A stretch of 64,000 bases of DNA from the human T2T-CHM13v2.0 reference genome, Homo sapiens. The notes under the pieces were generated by a model that ran no database searches, was not told where the DNA came from, and saw nothing but the letters and a program-made list of their open reading frames with translations. The stretch lies in assembly GCF_009914755.1 (NCBI RefSeq), contig NC_060929.1, one strand, 5' to 3'. Both the position numbers and the translations under genes were made by a program. Numbering within the stretch: the first letter of the stretch is position 1; every line of letters begins with the position of its first letter. Positions 1-11,725 of this stretch are shown here, one piece after another.

Positions 1-29
1 TAATAGCAGTATGAAAATTGACTAATACA
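1..29 (+). mobile_element. 3' end of the 5' LTR of a THE1 (ERVL-MaLR) element; the rest lies outside the window
   Basis: TAGCAGTATGAAAAT(T)GACTAATACA matches the THE1 LTR terminus seen again at 1960-1980 and is followed directly by the internal sequence. Confidence 0.85.
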
Positions 30-1589
30 GTAAATTGGTACCACAGAGAGTGTGGTGCTGCTATAAAGGTACCTGAAAATTTGAAAGCGACTTTGGAACT
101 GGGTAACAGGCAGAGATTGCAACAGTTTGGAGGGCTCAGAAAAAGACAGGAAGATGTGGGAGAGTTTGGAACTTCTTAGAGACTTGTTGAATGGTTTGGG
201 CCAAAATGCTGATAGTGATATCAACAATGAAGCCCAGGCTAAAGTGGTCTCAAATAAAGATGAGAAAATTACTGGGAACTGGAGAAAAGGTCACTCTTGC
301 TATACTTTAGCAAAGAGACTGGCAGCATTTTGCCCCTATCCTAGAGACCTGTGGAACTTTGAACTTGAGACTTAGGGTATTTGGCAGAAGAAATTTCTAA
401 GCAGCAAAATGTTCAAAAGGTGACCTGGATGTTTTCAAAAGTATTCAGTTTTATGCATTCACAAAGAGACGGTTTGGAATTGGAAGTTATGTTTAAAAGT
501 CTGGAAAATTTGCAGCCTGATGATGCAATAGAAAAGAAAATCTCATTTTCTGAGGCGAAATTCAAACCAGCTGCAGATATTTGCTTAAGTAACGAGGAGC
601 CAAATGTTAATTGCCAAGACATGGGGGAAATGTTTCCAGGGCATGTCAGAGACCTTTGCAGCAGCCCCTCCCGTCACAGGCCCAGAGGCCTTGTTCCTGG
701 GCCTTGCTGCTTTGTGTAATCTTGGGACTTGGTGCTTTGCATCCCAGCTATGGCTAAAAGGGGCTAACTTACAGGTCAGGCCATTGCTTTGGAGGGTACA
801 AGCTCCAAGCCTGTGGCTTACACATGGTGTTGAGCCTGCTGGTGCACTGAAGTCAAGAACTGAGGTTTGAGAACCTCTGCCTATATTTCAGAGGATATAT
901 GGAAACACCTGGATGTGCAGGCAGAAGTTTACTACAGGGGTGGAACCCTCATGGAGAACCTCTCCTAGGGTAGTGTGGAAGTAAAGTGTGGGGTCAGAGC
1001 CTCTGTTCAGAGTCCCTACTGGGGCACTGCCTAGTGGAGCTGTGAGAAAAGGGCCCTTGTCCTCCAGACCCTGGAATGGTAGATCGACTGACAGCTTGCA
1101 CCATGCACCTGGAAAAGCTGCAGACACTCAATGCCAACCTGAGACAGCAGCCAGGAGGGGGCTATACACTGCAAAGCCACAGGGGCAGAGCTGCCTGAGG
1201 CCATGGGAACCTACCTCTTAGATTAGCATGACATGGATGTGAGACATGGAGTCAAAGGAGATCGTTTCAGAGCTTTAAGATTTGACTCTCCCATTGGATT
1301 TAGGACTTGTATGGGGCTTATGGCCTCTTTGTTTTGGTCAATTTCTCCCATTTGGAATGGGTATATTTACCCAGTGCCTTTACCCCCATTTTATCCAGGA
1401 AGCAAATAACTTGATTTTGATTTACAGAATCCTAGGTGGAAGGTACATGCCTTGTCTCAGTTGAGACTTTAGACGTGGACTTTTGGGTTAATACTGGAAT
1501 GAATTAAGAATTTGGGGGACTGTTTGGAAGGCATGATTGGTTTTGAAATGTGAAAGGGACATGAAATTTGGGAGGGGCTGGAGGGAGAA
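30..1589 (+). mobile_element. THE1-int (MaLR internal region) with decayed ORF
   Basis: Starts GTAAATTGGTACC...GACTTTGGAACTGGGTAACAGGCAGAG, typical of THE1/MST-int. Ends in a purine-rich tract (TTTGGGAGGGGC..GGGAGAA) before the LTR. ORFs 127-375 and 381-719 are broken pieces of the MaLR ORF. Confidence 0.93.
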
Positions 1590-1980
1590 TGATATGGTTA
1601 GGCTTGTGTCCCCACCTAAATCTCATCTTAAATAGTAATCTCCATAATCCCTTGGTCCCCATGTGTCAAGAGAGAGACCAGGTGGAGGTAACTAAATCAT
1701 GGGAGTGGTTTCCCTCATGCTGTTCTTAGGATGGTAAGTAAGTTCTCCCAAGATCTGATGGTTCTCCTGAGATGGGAGGTTTTCCCCCTTAGCTCAGCAC
1801 TTCTCCTTCCTGTCACCTTGTGAAGAAGGTGCCTTGCTTCCCCTTCACCTTCCGCCATGATTGTAAGTTTCCTGAAGCCTCCCCAGCCATGCTGAACTGT
1901 GAGTCAATTAAACCTCTTTCCGTTATAAATTACCCAGTCTTGGGCAATTCTTTATGGGGGTATGAAAATGGACTAATACA
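1590..1980 (+). mobile_element. THE1C/THE1D 3' LTR
   Basis: TGATATGGTT...GACTAATACA termini (TG..CA), TGTGAAGAAGGTGCCTTGCTTCCCCTTC core, ATTAAA poly(A) signal. Confidence 0.93.
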
Positions 1981-2154
1981 CCCTGGGAATTTGTTTCTCC
2001 TCCTTAGGACAAAACAAAAGATACAATATTTCCCTCATCCCGTGCTCCAGTCTAGAAACATTTGAGCCCAAATATCTATTGTCTGTGATGGATCCGGTGC
2101 AATGAAATTAGCCAATGACCAAGTCTCTAGATCCTTTTAAATTGACTTGTTAAA

Positions 2155-2964
2155 TAAACTTTTATTGTAGGTTCAGAGGTACAGGTGCAAGTTTGTCATA
2201 CAGGTAAATTGCATGTCACGGGGGTTTGGGGTACAAATTATTTCATCATCTAGCTAATAAGCATAGTATCCAATTGGTAGTTTTTTGATCCACTCCATTC
2301 TCACACCTTCCACCCTTATGTAGGCCCCAGTGTCTGTTGTCCTCTTCTTTGCATTCATATGTACTCAGTGTTTAGCTCTCACTTATAAGTGAGAACATGT
2401 GGCATTTGGTTTTCTGTTCCTGCATTAATTTGCTGAGGATAATGGCCTCCAGCTCCATTCTTGTTGCTACAAAGGACATAATCTGATTCTTTTTATGGCT
2501 GTGTAGTATTCTATGGTGCATATGTACCACATTTACTTTACCCATTCTACCATTGATGGGCATTTAGGTTGATTTCATGTTTTTGCTACAGTAAATAGTG
2601 CTGTGATAAACATATATGTGCACGCGTCTTTATAGTAGAATGATTTATATTCCTTTGGATATATATCCAATAATGGGATTGCTGAGCCAAATGGTAATTC
2701 TGTTTTAAGTTCTTTGAGAAATCATCACACTGCTTTCCACAATGGCTGAACTAATTACTTTGTCACCAGCAACGTATAGACATTCCCTTTTCTCTGCAAT
2801 CTTGCCACTATCTGTTCTTTTTTGACCTTTTAATAATAGCCATTCTGACTGGTGTGAGATGGTATCTGATTGTGGTTTTGATTTGCATTTCTCTAATGAT
2901 TGGTGGTGTTGAACATTTTTTCATATGCTAGTTGGCCACCTCTATGTCTTCTTTTGTAAAGTGA
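2155..2964 (-). mobile_element. 5'-truncated L1PA13-16/L1PB-type LINE-1 3' end
   Basis: Antisense L1 3' UTR (GTTCAGAGGTACAGGTGCAAGTTTG; CACTTATAAGTGAGAACATG). ORF 2372-2563 gives MELEAIILSKLMQEQKTKCHMFSL, typical of the L1 3' end. Confidence 0.92.
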
Positions 2965-3739
2965 ATTGAGCTATTTATTTATTTTTAAATATCCTCTTAT
3001 TTGGACTCTGCTAGGTCCTGGCTTTGAATGGATTTTCTCTCTTTCTCTTCCTCCTCTACCACTGAGAGTGAGCAGGGTCCTCAAAAGCTGCCGGGCTCCT
3101 GGGGCATGTGGAAGGTTGTGCCTGCATGGATATGGAGAGTAGTGTTGGGGATGGGGATTGCTACCTTTCCGTCATTTAGGGCTTTTACCTGCAAAGGCCC
3201 ATAGAGCTAGCTTTATTCAGAGTTTCATTGCAAAGCCTCATTTCTACTTTCCCCAACTCTTCTCTCAACCAGTCCTTGCCTCCAAGGACACCCATAGAGT
3301 CCTTGTGGTCATTTCTCGTGGTTATCAGCCTCCCATGGCTCATCCCTGCAGCTGCAGGAGGTTCGTGGTCCTGCCATTACCTCTTGCAGTTGGTTGGGGC
3401 TAGATCAGCCTTTTGGCTGCCAAGGGAGGAATCAGGAGCTGTTCCACATTTTGGGCTGAAGGAAAGACGTTGTAATTATGGATTGAAAGCCCCCACTGTT
3501 GGCATCACTGACTGCCCCCTAAGCAGAGGATTACTTAGAAATAGACAGCAGGGACACCCAGATGGACGTGGCTCACCCGACTTTTACTGGCTGACCGCGA
3601 TCACCTTTTTCTGACCTTTAGAAAATGACAGAGTGCTGTGTTCTCCTGACTAAGAGTGTGACTACTGGGGAAGGGTGGCAGAATAATCATGCCCTGGGAT
3701 GTTGCCATTTTATTATTTTTTTCTTTTTAATCTTAGCAC

Positions 3740-4010
3740 ACAATCCAGGAGTGTGCTAAAATGATTTGGACCCTATCCTTGAGGAGTTTAGGATATTGAA
3801 GGATGCAATATTAACACAGACATAATAATCGAGAACAACATAAAGGAGTCTATAATGGCTGCATAATTGTGTGCAATTGCCTGATGGGATAGTAGGAGGA
3901 GCCTTGAGGGCTGTGGGAGCCAAGAAAGCCTTCAAGAAAAAGTAACTTAAGCTGAGTCTTAGAGAATGTGCTGGATTTGAGTAGGGAGATGGAAGGGCAT
4001 TCTAGGAGCC
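3740..4010 (-). mobile_element. Degenerate L2 fragment
   Basis: CCCTATCCTTGAGGAGTTTA and AAAGCCTTCAAGAAAAAGTAACTTAAGCTGAGTCTTAGAGAATG resemble the antisense L2 3' region. Confidence 0.55.
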
Positions 4011-5166
4011 AAGACCAAAGGGGAAGGGACAGGAACTGTTTATTAGATGCTAAAGAAAGCAGTACAAACCTGAGGCATGGAAGGACAAGCTGGGAAGGTC
4101 TTTAACTGTTAACCCAGGTCCTGAAGCTCAGGGGTGAATCTGATCAGGTGTGAATCTCTTCTATGCCGAAGGTCCAGAGAGTGATTCCTCAAGGTCACAG
4201 AGCAGCCATGGTGCCAGATGCTGTGGTGTGTCTGTGCAGTCATAGGCTCAAAGCACTTCTCACTCAACCACATTGCATTTGCTCACAACTCATAACCCCT
4301 TTGAAGCTTGCCAAAACACAGGTGCACTTTTGTTTTGAAGACAAACTCTGAGAGCTGCTGATGGGACTTTTTGAGGCCACCATTGCTTCTGCAGCTGCTC
4401 ATATGCTTCAAAGAACTGAGGCCTTAGCTGCAGGGGCAGGGGAGCCGTTGACTTCTGAGGTTTAGGTGGCAGGTGCCTTTTCTGCAGTCACTCCCTCCCT
4501 CTTTGGAAGCAGAGGGTGCTAGCCTCCTACAGAGAGGACTGTGAGCTCCCCCCTTGTCACGGATGGCCCTGCAGTGCCAAGTGCTGACAGGAGGTCGTGG
4601 CTGCTTTCAGCGGAGCATTAGCCCTAATAGGTTTGGCAGGATTTTAAAATAATCAAAACAAAGCAGGTTAGAAGGTTTGATGGGGGAGGTATGTGGTGAC
4701 TGCTTGAGCTCAGATCACATGGTATGTCCAGCAGCCTGGCCCAGAACAGCTCCAAGGCCTGATGCCAAGGGTCTGGGCTGAACAGAAATCTGAAGTGGCT
4801 TTATCAGAGAAATTAGTGTGTGATTAGAGCTGAGAAGAGTCACGAGTCTTAACTTCTGTTTAGCACTCCAAGAATAAGGTGTCCCGTGTGGTGCCAAATT
4901 ACTCCCTCTGGGCAGTCTAAAGCATGAGTGGGATGCTTATCCAGGGAGCACGGTGGAGGAAAGGTGTGGGGGCTGGGGGGAGGCTGTGGGGTGAAGAATG
5001 ATGCAGTGCCATGGAGTAAGCTGTAGACAGACCTGCTTTGGCTTTGTTTGGGGGTGGGGCAGGGTGTGAAATACTTTCTGTACTGATTTCTATCCTGCGA
5101 TCAGATACCTAGGACGTGTGTTAGAGCCAAGAAGAGACAGAACTTGACCACGTTGGGTATTGCTTG

Positions 5167-5460
5167 ATTTTTTTTGTTTTTTAATGAGGTCTTGCTCTGC
5201 CTCTCAGGCTGGAGTACAGTGGTGCAATCAGCTCACTGCAGCCTCTGCCTCCTGGATTCAAGCAATCCTTCTGACTCAGCATCATGGGTAGCAGGGACTA
5301 CAGGTGTGTGCCACCACACTCAACTTTTTTTTTTTTTTTTTGGTAGAGATGGAGTCTCCCTATGTTGCCCAGCCTGGTCCTGAACTTCTGACTCAAGTGA
5401 TCCTCCTGCCTTGGCCTCCCAAAGTGCTGGGATTACAGGTGGGAGCAACCATATCTGGCT
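5167..5460 (-). mobile_element. AluJ, full length
   Basis: Antisense dimeric Alu with J-type features (CTCACTGCAGCCTC, CTATGTTGCCCAG, CTCAAGTGATCCTCCTGCC). GGTATTGC flanks both sides as a TSD remnant. Confidence 0.93.
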
Positions 5461-5959
5461 GGTATTGCATTTTTAATACAATTGGAATAGTATATTAAAT
5501 ATTTTTGAAGGAAAGAATAGACCTTCACTATGGTGGAAATGAAAGGAGTTACCCACCTCATTTTCCTTATGGTAGAACATTGTATTCCAGCCACCACAGG
5601 CACTCCAGCCTGTGGCTTTCGGTTGTGAATGACAGCCCACTGAAGTGACTTGTCCTTGCTATCTTTGTCCACAGCAATCCTTGGTTTTGCTCTCACTTTT
5701 GCCAGGGCCTCTCTTCTGCATCCTTGATGCCTTTGTCTTCCAACTCTGAATGTTTTTGGCAAGGACAGAGATGTTAAAAAGCTAGCAGGAGGGGCTGGTT
5801 CTGACAAAGGACAGGCAGACAGTGCACAGGTGGTGCACCCTAGCCTAACAAAGGCTCCTTTGCTCAGTGGTGGGGAAGAACTGCTGCGTGGCTTTGCTGG
5901 AAATCTGTCCCTGAAGCCTAGATGGGCCTAGCCCTCACCTGGCTAGGGATTGTCCCCAA

Positions 5960-6380
5960 AGCTCTTTTACTGCTAATTCAAGCAGAATGGAGGACTGACA
6001 CTAAGAAAATAGGCTATCTATCTCATGAAACACCAGGGGAAGACATGTCTAGGTTTGGGACCAGCATCTTAAAGTGTTCAGAAAGTAACACAATTCCTCT
6101 CTCTCCCTCTGTCTCTGTCTCTCTGTCTTTATGTGTGTGTCTGTCTCTGACTTTTGAGGCTCTTGCTCTCCACTCGTCACTGTGTATCTGCTTTATTTTT
6201 CTCTTATTACACCAACTTTTGCTATTTCTTCAAGCACATGGCAGAAGACGGCTGCCTCTTATCTGGCAATTTTACAAAGCCCTCAACTCAGGCAAACAGT
6301 AGAGCTGTTCCTATCAGTGCCAACTCCAAATTCACAGAAAAAAATCTGATTAGTTTAGATTAAGTCAGAGAAGGTTAAAA
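5960..6380 (-). mobile_element. Ancient ERVL-type LTR (LTR33/LTR16-like), degenerate
   Basis: AACTCCAAATTCACAGAAAAAAATCTGATTAGTTTAGATTAAGTCAG resembles the antisense LTR33 core; internal CT-rich tract. Confidence 0.4.
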
Positions 6381-8844
6381 GGGTTCTGAGGGAGGGATGT
6401 GATTGCCTGATTTCTGATCACAGTATATGCCTTAATGGTATACAGGCTGTCCAGAACAATTCCAAGACTATGGTCCTGGGGTGGCATGGTATGGATAGAA
6501 AGCTCACAAAATGTTCACATAGACAATTAATATGGCTGCCTGGACCCACATGTACTAGAGCTCAGAGAGGCATATGTGTGCAGGTACATGCTCACACATG
6601 TGTATGTGTGAAGCATGCATGTGTGGTCTTATGGTTGGGTAGAGACCCCTTAAAGTGCCTATCACATCAGATAGAAGGATAGATTTCTAGATAGAAGAAA
6701 TTTGGGCCCATCTGTTATCTAGAAATTTCTTTTGTTGAAGGCTTCTTCCTGCTGTGTACTTCGGCAAAGTTCCTCATTAACATGGCCCTCCTGAATTGGG
6801 AGATTTGGTCCCAGATTCTCTAATCATCCTCTGTCTTCCCAGGGTGGAGAAGCTGATATATGCTGGGGAGTCTTTTGCGAATTTACATTTCCTTTAATAT
6901 GCATTGGGCACAGATGGTTACCAGGTTGTCTCCGATTCATAAGTCTTCTTTCATCAAGGGCCGATCAAAATTTAGTGCAAGCAGGTTTAAAGGGACAAGC
7001 TTTTAGGCTTGGAAATGTGCATATAAATAAAAATGTTGCTGTAGCGGCTCCATTGTTAATGAAAGAAAAATGATCCATGTCCTCTTCCTGGATAACGGAG
7101 TCTCTGAATATATTTATTTCAAGATTTAGGTGCTGAGGGAACCGGCCACAAATCATAGAGCAACCATTAATGAGCCTCTGTCCCTACCTGTTTAGCTTAT
7201 TAACTGCCTGTTACCTACAGTTCTATATCCCACTTGGGGACAGAAAATGGATGCATCAGCAATGCAAAGGCTGAAAAACACAGAAGTTAATCAAAAGCAC
7301 ATGGGAGCCTGGAAATGTAATCAGAAGATATGGGCTGGTTGTTTATTGGGGTACTGGGAGGTGGCTGGGAGGGAGGATCTGGTGCTGTCTGATATGAGAT
7401 TTGGCTAATTAAATCCCCCTGTCCTTTAGTCAGTGTCCTCTCCACTCTGTGCAAGCTGTGGACATGAAAGGAATAGTCCCTGCCCTCAAGGAACCTACAT
7501 GCTAATTGTGAGGCATGCTCTACATGCTGGAATCACAGAAAGCAAACTCAGGATAGCGCTGTAGAGGCTACATGAACCATTGTTAAAGTACTAAAAAATG
7601 GTAGATTGTTACACAGTAGAAAGAGCTTAGCTGAGAGAGAGGAGGTCTTGGATTTTGCTTTGGTTCTATGATATGACAGTGGCTGTGTCATTCACCTTTT
7701 CCCATCTTGATTTTCTGATAAAATAAGAGTTTGACCTGGATCATTGACTAAGGGTATTCATGAGAAGCACTTTAGGTATTCATGAAATTGGAGTAAAGAC
7801 CGGAAGTTACTGAGATTTCAGGAACCTTCTTTTGGCTACTTAGCAAAGTAGAAGTTTTAATTCATAGAGAAGAAAGATGGAGCCACCCTTGGCAGGGACC
7901 CTTGTGTACATCAGGGTGTGTGTATGTGGAGGGAATGGCCTGCCTTGTGGGCATGAGAGCCAATAAAAGAGGGGAGTGGGTATCAATCACAAGCACAGAG
8001 ATGGGCAGAACCAACTAGGCAGGTAGGCAAACCAGAGTTCAACACCAAAACCAACAGCTATGTTCTTTAACCCGAATATTCAGAAATCTTCTCAGTTACT
8101 TCCTAACTTGAAGGCAAAATTCTACTAAAAGCAGCAACAGTCTTTTAAAAGTAATTTGAAGACACAGATAAAAAACAGAAAACTAAAAAGCCTTGGCTCC
8201 ATGATTAATTAAAAGGATCAGCTCAAATTTACAAAATTGCTTTAATAAAAGAAAACACAAAATCGCATACATGTGCCTCCATATGTTAATGATGGCTATT
8301 TTTCTTTGTTTTTCTGCTGCTGCTACAGCCATGTCCCATCTATCACTTGGTTTCGGGCATCATAATCAATTGACTTTACCATAAACAACATGTTGTACAT
8401 GCAGCAACTGATAACAGCATTTAACTTGACACAGGGTAAAACCTCCCTCTTTTTTATTCTTCCAGTCTCTCAGAAGACAGAAAGAATAGCCTTGAATTAA
8501 TTCCTTACTTATTGAGCCAAGCACGCATTTTCTTATGAACTTTACTGGGGCAGAGAAGTGCAGTCCAGCAGTTAATCCTACCAGATAACTATACCCACTG
8601 TGATGAAGCTCTGTAGGAACCCGTTATCCTGATGTCCAGAACAGTGCTTGGCACACAGTAGGCACTCAATGGCTGTATGTCCATCAGATCAATACTCCTA
8701 ATTTTAGTTTCTCTGATAAGTGGTAAATTTCATGGAGAATTGACAATCAATCTTTACCCATGGAAGGGATATTTTTACATATGGAAGATAGCAAATCTTT
8801 TTTGTGGATTGAAAATAAGTAAATACGCAGAAGATCTCTTAGTG

Positions 8845-9488
8845 ACTGCTACTGAATTGACACCCAACACCTTGTGAATTAACTGATTTTCTTCTATTCT
8901 CTAAACACGATGACTGAAGCTCATGGCACATTGAATGCTTACAGTCAGTTGGCTGGTCAGCCTTATGTTCTTGTTCTTCCCTAGGTTGGCTGTATGCTTG
9001 TATGTGTACCAAGAGCTAATTGTGTTTGTTTCCAAATCTCTTCCTTCCAGTTATCTTTAAAACTGTAATTATAGAATTAATTAAATACTACATAAACTGA
9101 TGATATATATGAGTCATTTCTATGAAAAATAAGTTGAATGTTCTGAAGAAATTCAACGAAATTTCTTGTGATTAAAGAGTTTATATTGCATCAGCAGACA
9201 AGATATCTGTAAATGATGGAAAAGAATGTAAACATCTAGACAAAATATACTTTCAACTTTAAAGAAATGAAACCTGGAAATAATTGGCGATGGGTGTGCT
9301 TAACGCAAGAAAGACAATGTACAACTCCAATTGGCAAATGCCTACTCAAAGAATACTTAAGGATTCAAGGGAAAAGAAATATTTCAGCCATGTATGCATT
9401 GTTTTTGACAATAGTTTGCTCTTTTTACAAACATTTTCAATTAACAGTAAACAATTTTTCATGACTGGTAGGTAGCATGAGTTCTACT
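8845..9488 (+). mobile_element. Tigger15-like (TcMar-Tigger) DNA transposon with transposase N-terminal remnant
   Basis: TTTCTATGAAAAATAAGTTGAATG and ACTTTAAAGAAATGAAACCTGGAAAT...ATGGGTGTGCTTAACGCAAGAAAGAC. The translation WVCLTQERQCTTPIGKCLLKE resembles the CENP-B-type HTH segment W.WF.QER..G.PISGP.LKEK. Confidence 0.75.
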
Positions 9489-9535
9489 AAAAATAATTTA
9501 ATGCTTTCAGAAAGAATTAAGGCTACACAAAATCA

Positions 9536-9787
<252 letters not shown>

Positions 9788-9921
9788 TCAGTGTTCTCCT
9801 CATGGAGGGGATGGTGCTTTCAGTTAACAAACCTATCTTACAATCAGCTAGTTATTTGTCTTATACATGGTGCACGCTCTCTCTTTCTCTGTGTTTCTCT
9901 TTTTTTCGTAATGTTTTGTAA

Positions 9922-11000
9922 AATGTTTATTCTGAAAAAACTTCAAACTTACTGAAAGTCAGAAAGTTGCAAGTGTAATGTAATTAACTTCCATATGCCC
10001 TTTACCTAGATTCACCAATGTTAATGTTATACAATCCTTGCTTTCTCTTTCTCCACCTCCCCTCCCCCTCCAACAGTCTCCTTCTCCTTCTTCTCCCTAT
10101 TACTATTACTGTTAGCTTTGCTAAATGATTTGAGAGTAAATTGTAAATGTCACGAATTTTATCTCTAAATACTGTGTGTCTCTCTTAAAAACAAGGATTA
10201 CAAACAACGGAAATTTATTTCTCACAGTTCTGGAGTTTGGGAGGTCGAAGATCAAGGTGCTGGCAGGTTCTGTGTCTAGTGGAGCAAGTTTCATGGTTAA
10301 TAGATGGTGCCTTCTCTCTGTGCCTTTACTTGATGGAAGGGGCTAGGTAGCTCTCTGGGGTCTTTTTTATAAAGGCACTAATTCCATTAATGAAGGCAGA
10401 GCTGTCATGACTTAACTCCTCAAAGGCTTCACCTCCTAACATCACCTTAGGGGTTAGGGTTTTAACTTATGCATGTTGGGGGGACACAAACATTCAGACA
10501 GTAGTAGATCATGTCCAAATGATGTCTTTTATAGCCTTTTTCCTTGGTCCAGGATCACTTATTGTACTTTTTAGTTTGCTTAAATCTGGAATAATTACTC
10601 AGGCTTTTTTGTCTTTCACGGCATTGACATTTTGCAAGAGTATCTGGACAGTTGTTTTGTGCAATGCTCCTCCATTTGTGTGTATTTGTTTCCTCACTAC
10701 TTTCAGGTTATGCCTTTTTGGCAGGAATACTACATAAATAATATTGTATCCATTACATCAGTAGAGACATGATGCCAGTTTGTCCCATTATTGGTGATGT
10801 TAGCTAGGATTACGTGGTTATGGGGGCATCTTTAAGTGTTTTTCTACTGTAAAGTTAGCACTATCTTCTTTGTAATTAATATTTGGAAATGGTGTAAATA
10901 TACTGTTTCTTATCAAACTTTCATCCACTTGTTTTCTCAGCCTTTGATAATTCTTGTCCGAGTCAGTTATTGTTATTATTATACTTGCCAAATGATATGT
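9922..11000 (-). mobile_element. L1MC4/5-like 3' end, split by an MLT1 insertion
   Basis: CTTCAAACTTACTGAAAG..TTGCAAG and TTTACCTAGATTCACCAAT on the left; TTTTTGGCAGGAATACTACATA and TGTCCCATTATTGGTGATGTTA on the right. Confidence 0.75.
10196..10506 (-). mobile_element. MLT1A-type MaLR LTR nested in L1MC
   Basis: AAATTTATTTCTCACAGTTCTGGAG..AAGATCAAGGTGCTGGCAG...GGGGGACACAAACATTCAGAC. Confidence 0.88.
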
Positions 11001-11599
11001 CTATTTATCTCTACCTTCCTAACTTCCAATTGGAGAAATCCAAGTGTTTGCTAGAAAGTGGAGATGGGGGATGGGGAAAAAGAACACATATTCCCTTCCC
11101 TCCTCACCCACCACTTGGCCAGTGAAACAAAATAAATTTCTTAATCTATTCAACTTTTCCACAGGTTGCACTCTAGATTCTTGGCGATGTCATATTCATA
11201 GATGTCCTTCCTTCCTTATTTCTTATGCCATCAGTGCTTTTCATCTCTTTGTTCTCCATCCCTCAGATTTCTGCCAGGTCCTGTGTCCAGACTCAAAACA
11301 TGGGGGAATCAGCCATTTTCTGTTGCATGCAGTGCTTTTCCTGAATGCAGTGTGTGAGGTAAAGAGGTGGCTGTGAAAGTGTCATGTCATGAGAGTAAAG
11401 GAGGCGAGGGACAGGGAGCCCCTGAAAGGTATGTCCTCAGAATGGACTATCTGGAAAACATAATTGTATGCATTACAAAGGTCAGTCTGATAGCGTGACA
11501 TCTTTTTTTTATTACTTTGTTGTGTTACATGAATGTCTGTCTACTCCTCAGGTTTGAGATCTGTCCTTTGCTTTATTTAGTGCCTACATGAACTAATGC

Positions 11600-11725
11600 T
11601 TTACTTGATTTATCTCATTTATATGTTATAATAACCATATGTCATAGACAATACTGTTAATGTCTCCATTTTACATATGAGGAAACTGGGGCTTAGAGAG
11701 GTTGACCTAAGATCACAAGCCTGAT
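11600..11725 (-). mobile_element. MIR
   Basis: CCATTTTACATATGAGGAAACTGGGGCTTAGAGAGGTT is the antisense MIR core. Confidence 0.8.

Noticed and set aside
127-1464. Cluster of ORFs up to 112 aa suggesting a gene
   Set aside because: All lie within THE1-int; they are stop- and frameshift-broken MaLR remnants or chance frames
3158-3614. Overlapping 81-aa and 128-aa ORFs
   Set aside because: Non-ATG starts, no recognisable domain, no splice or codon-bias support
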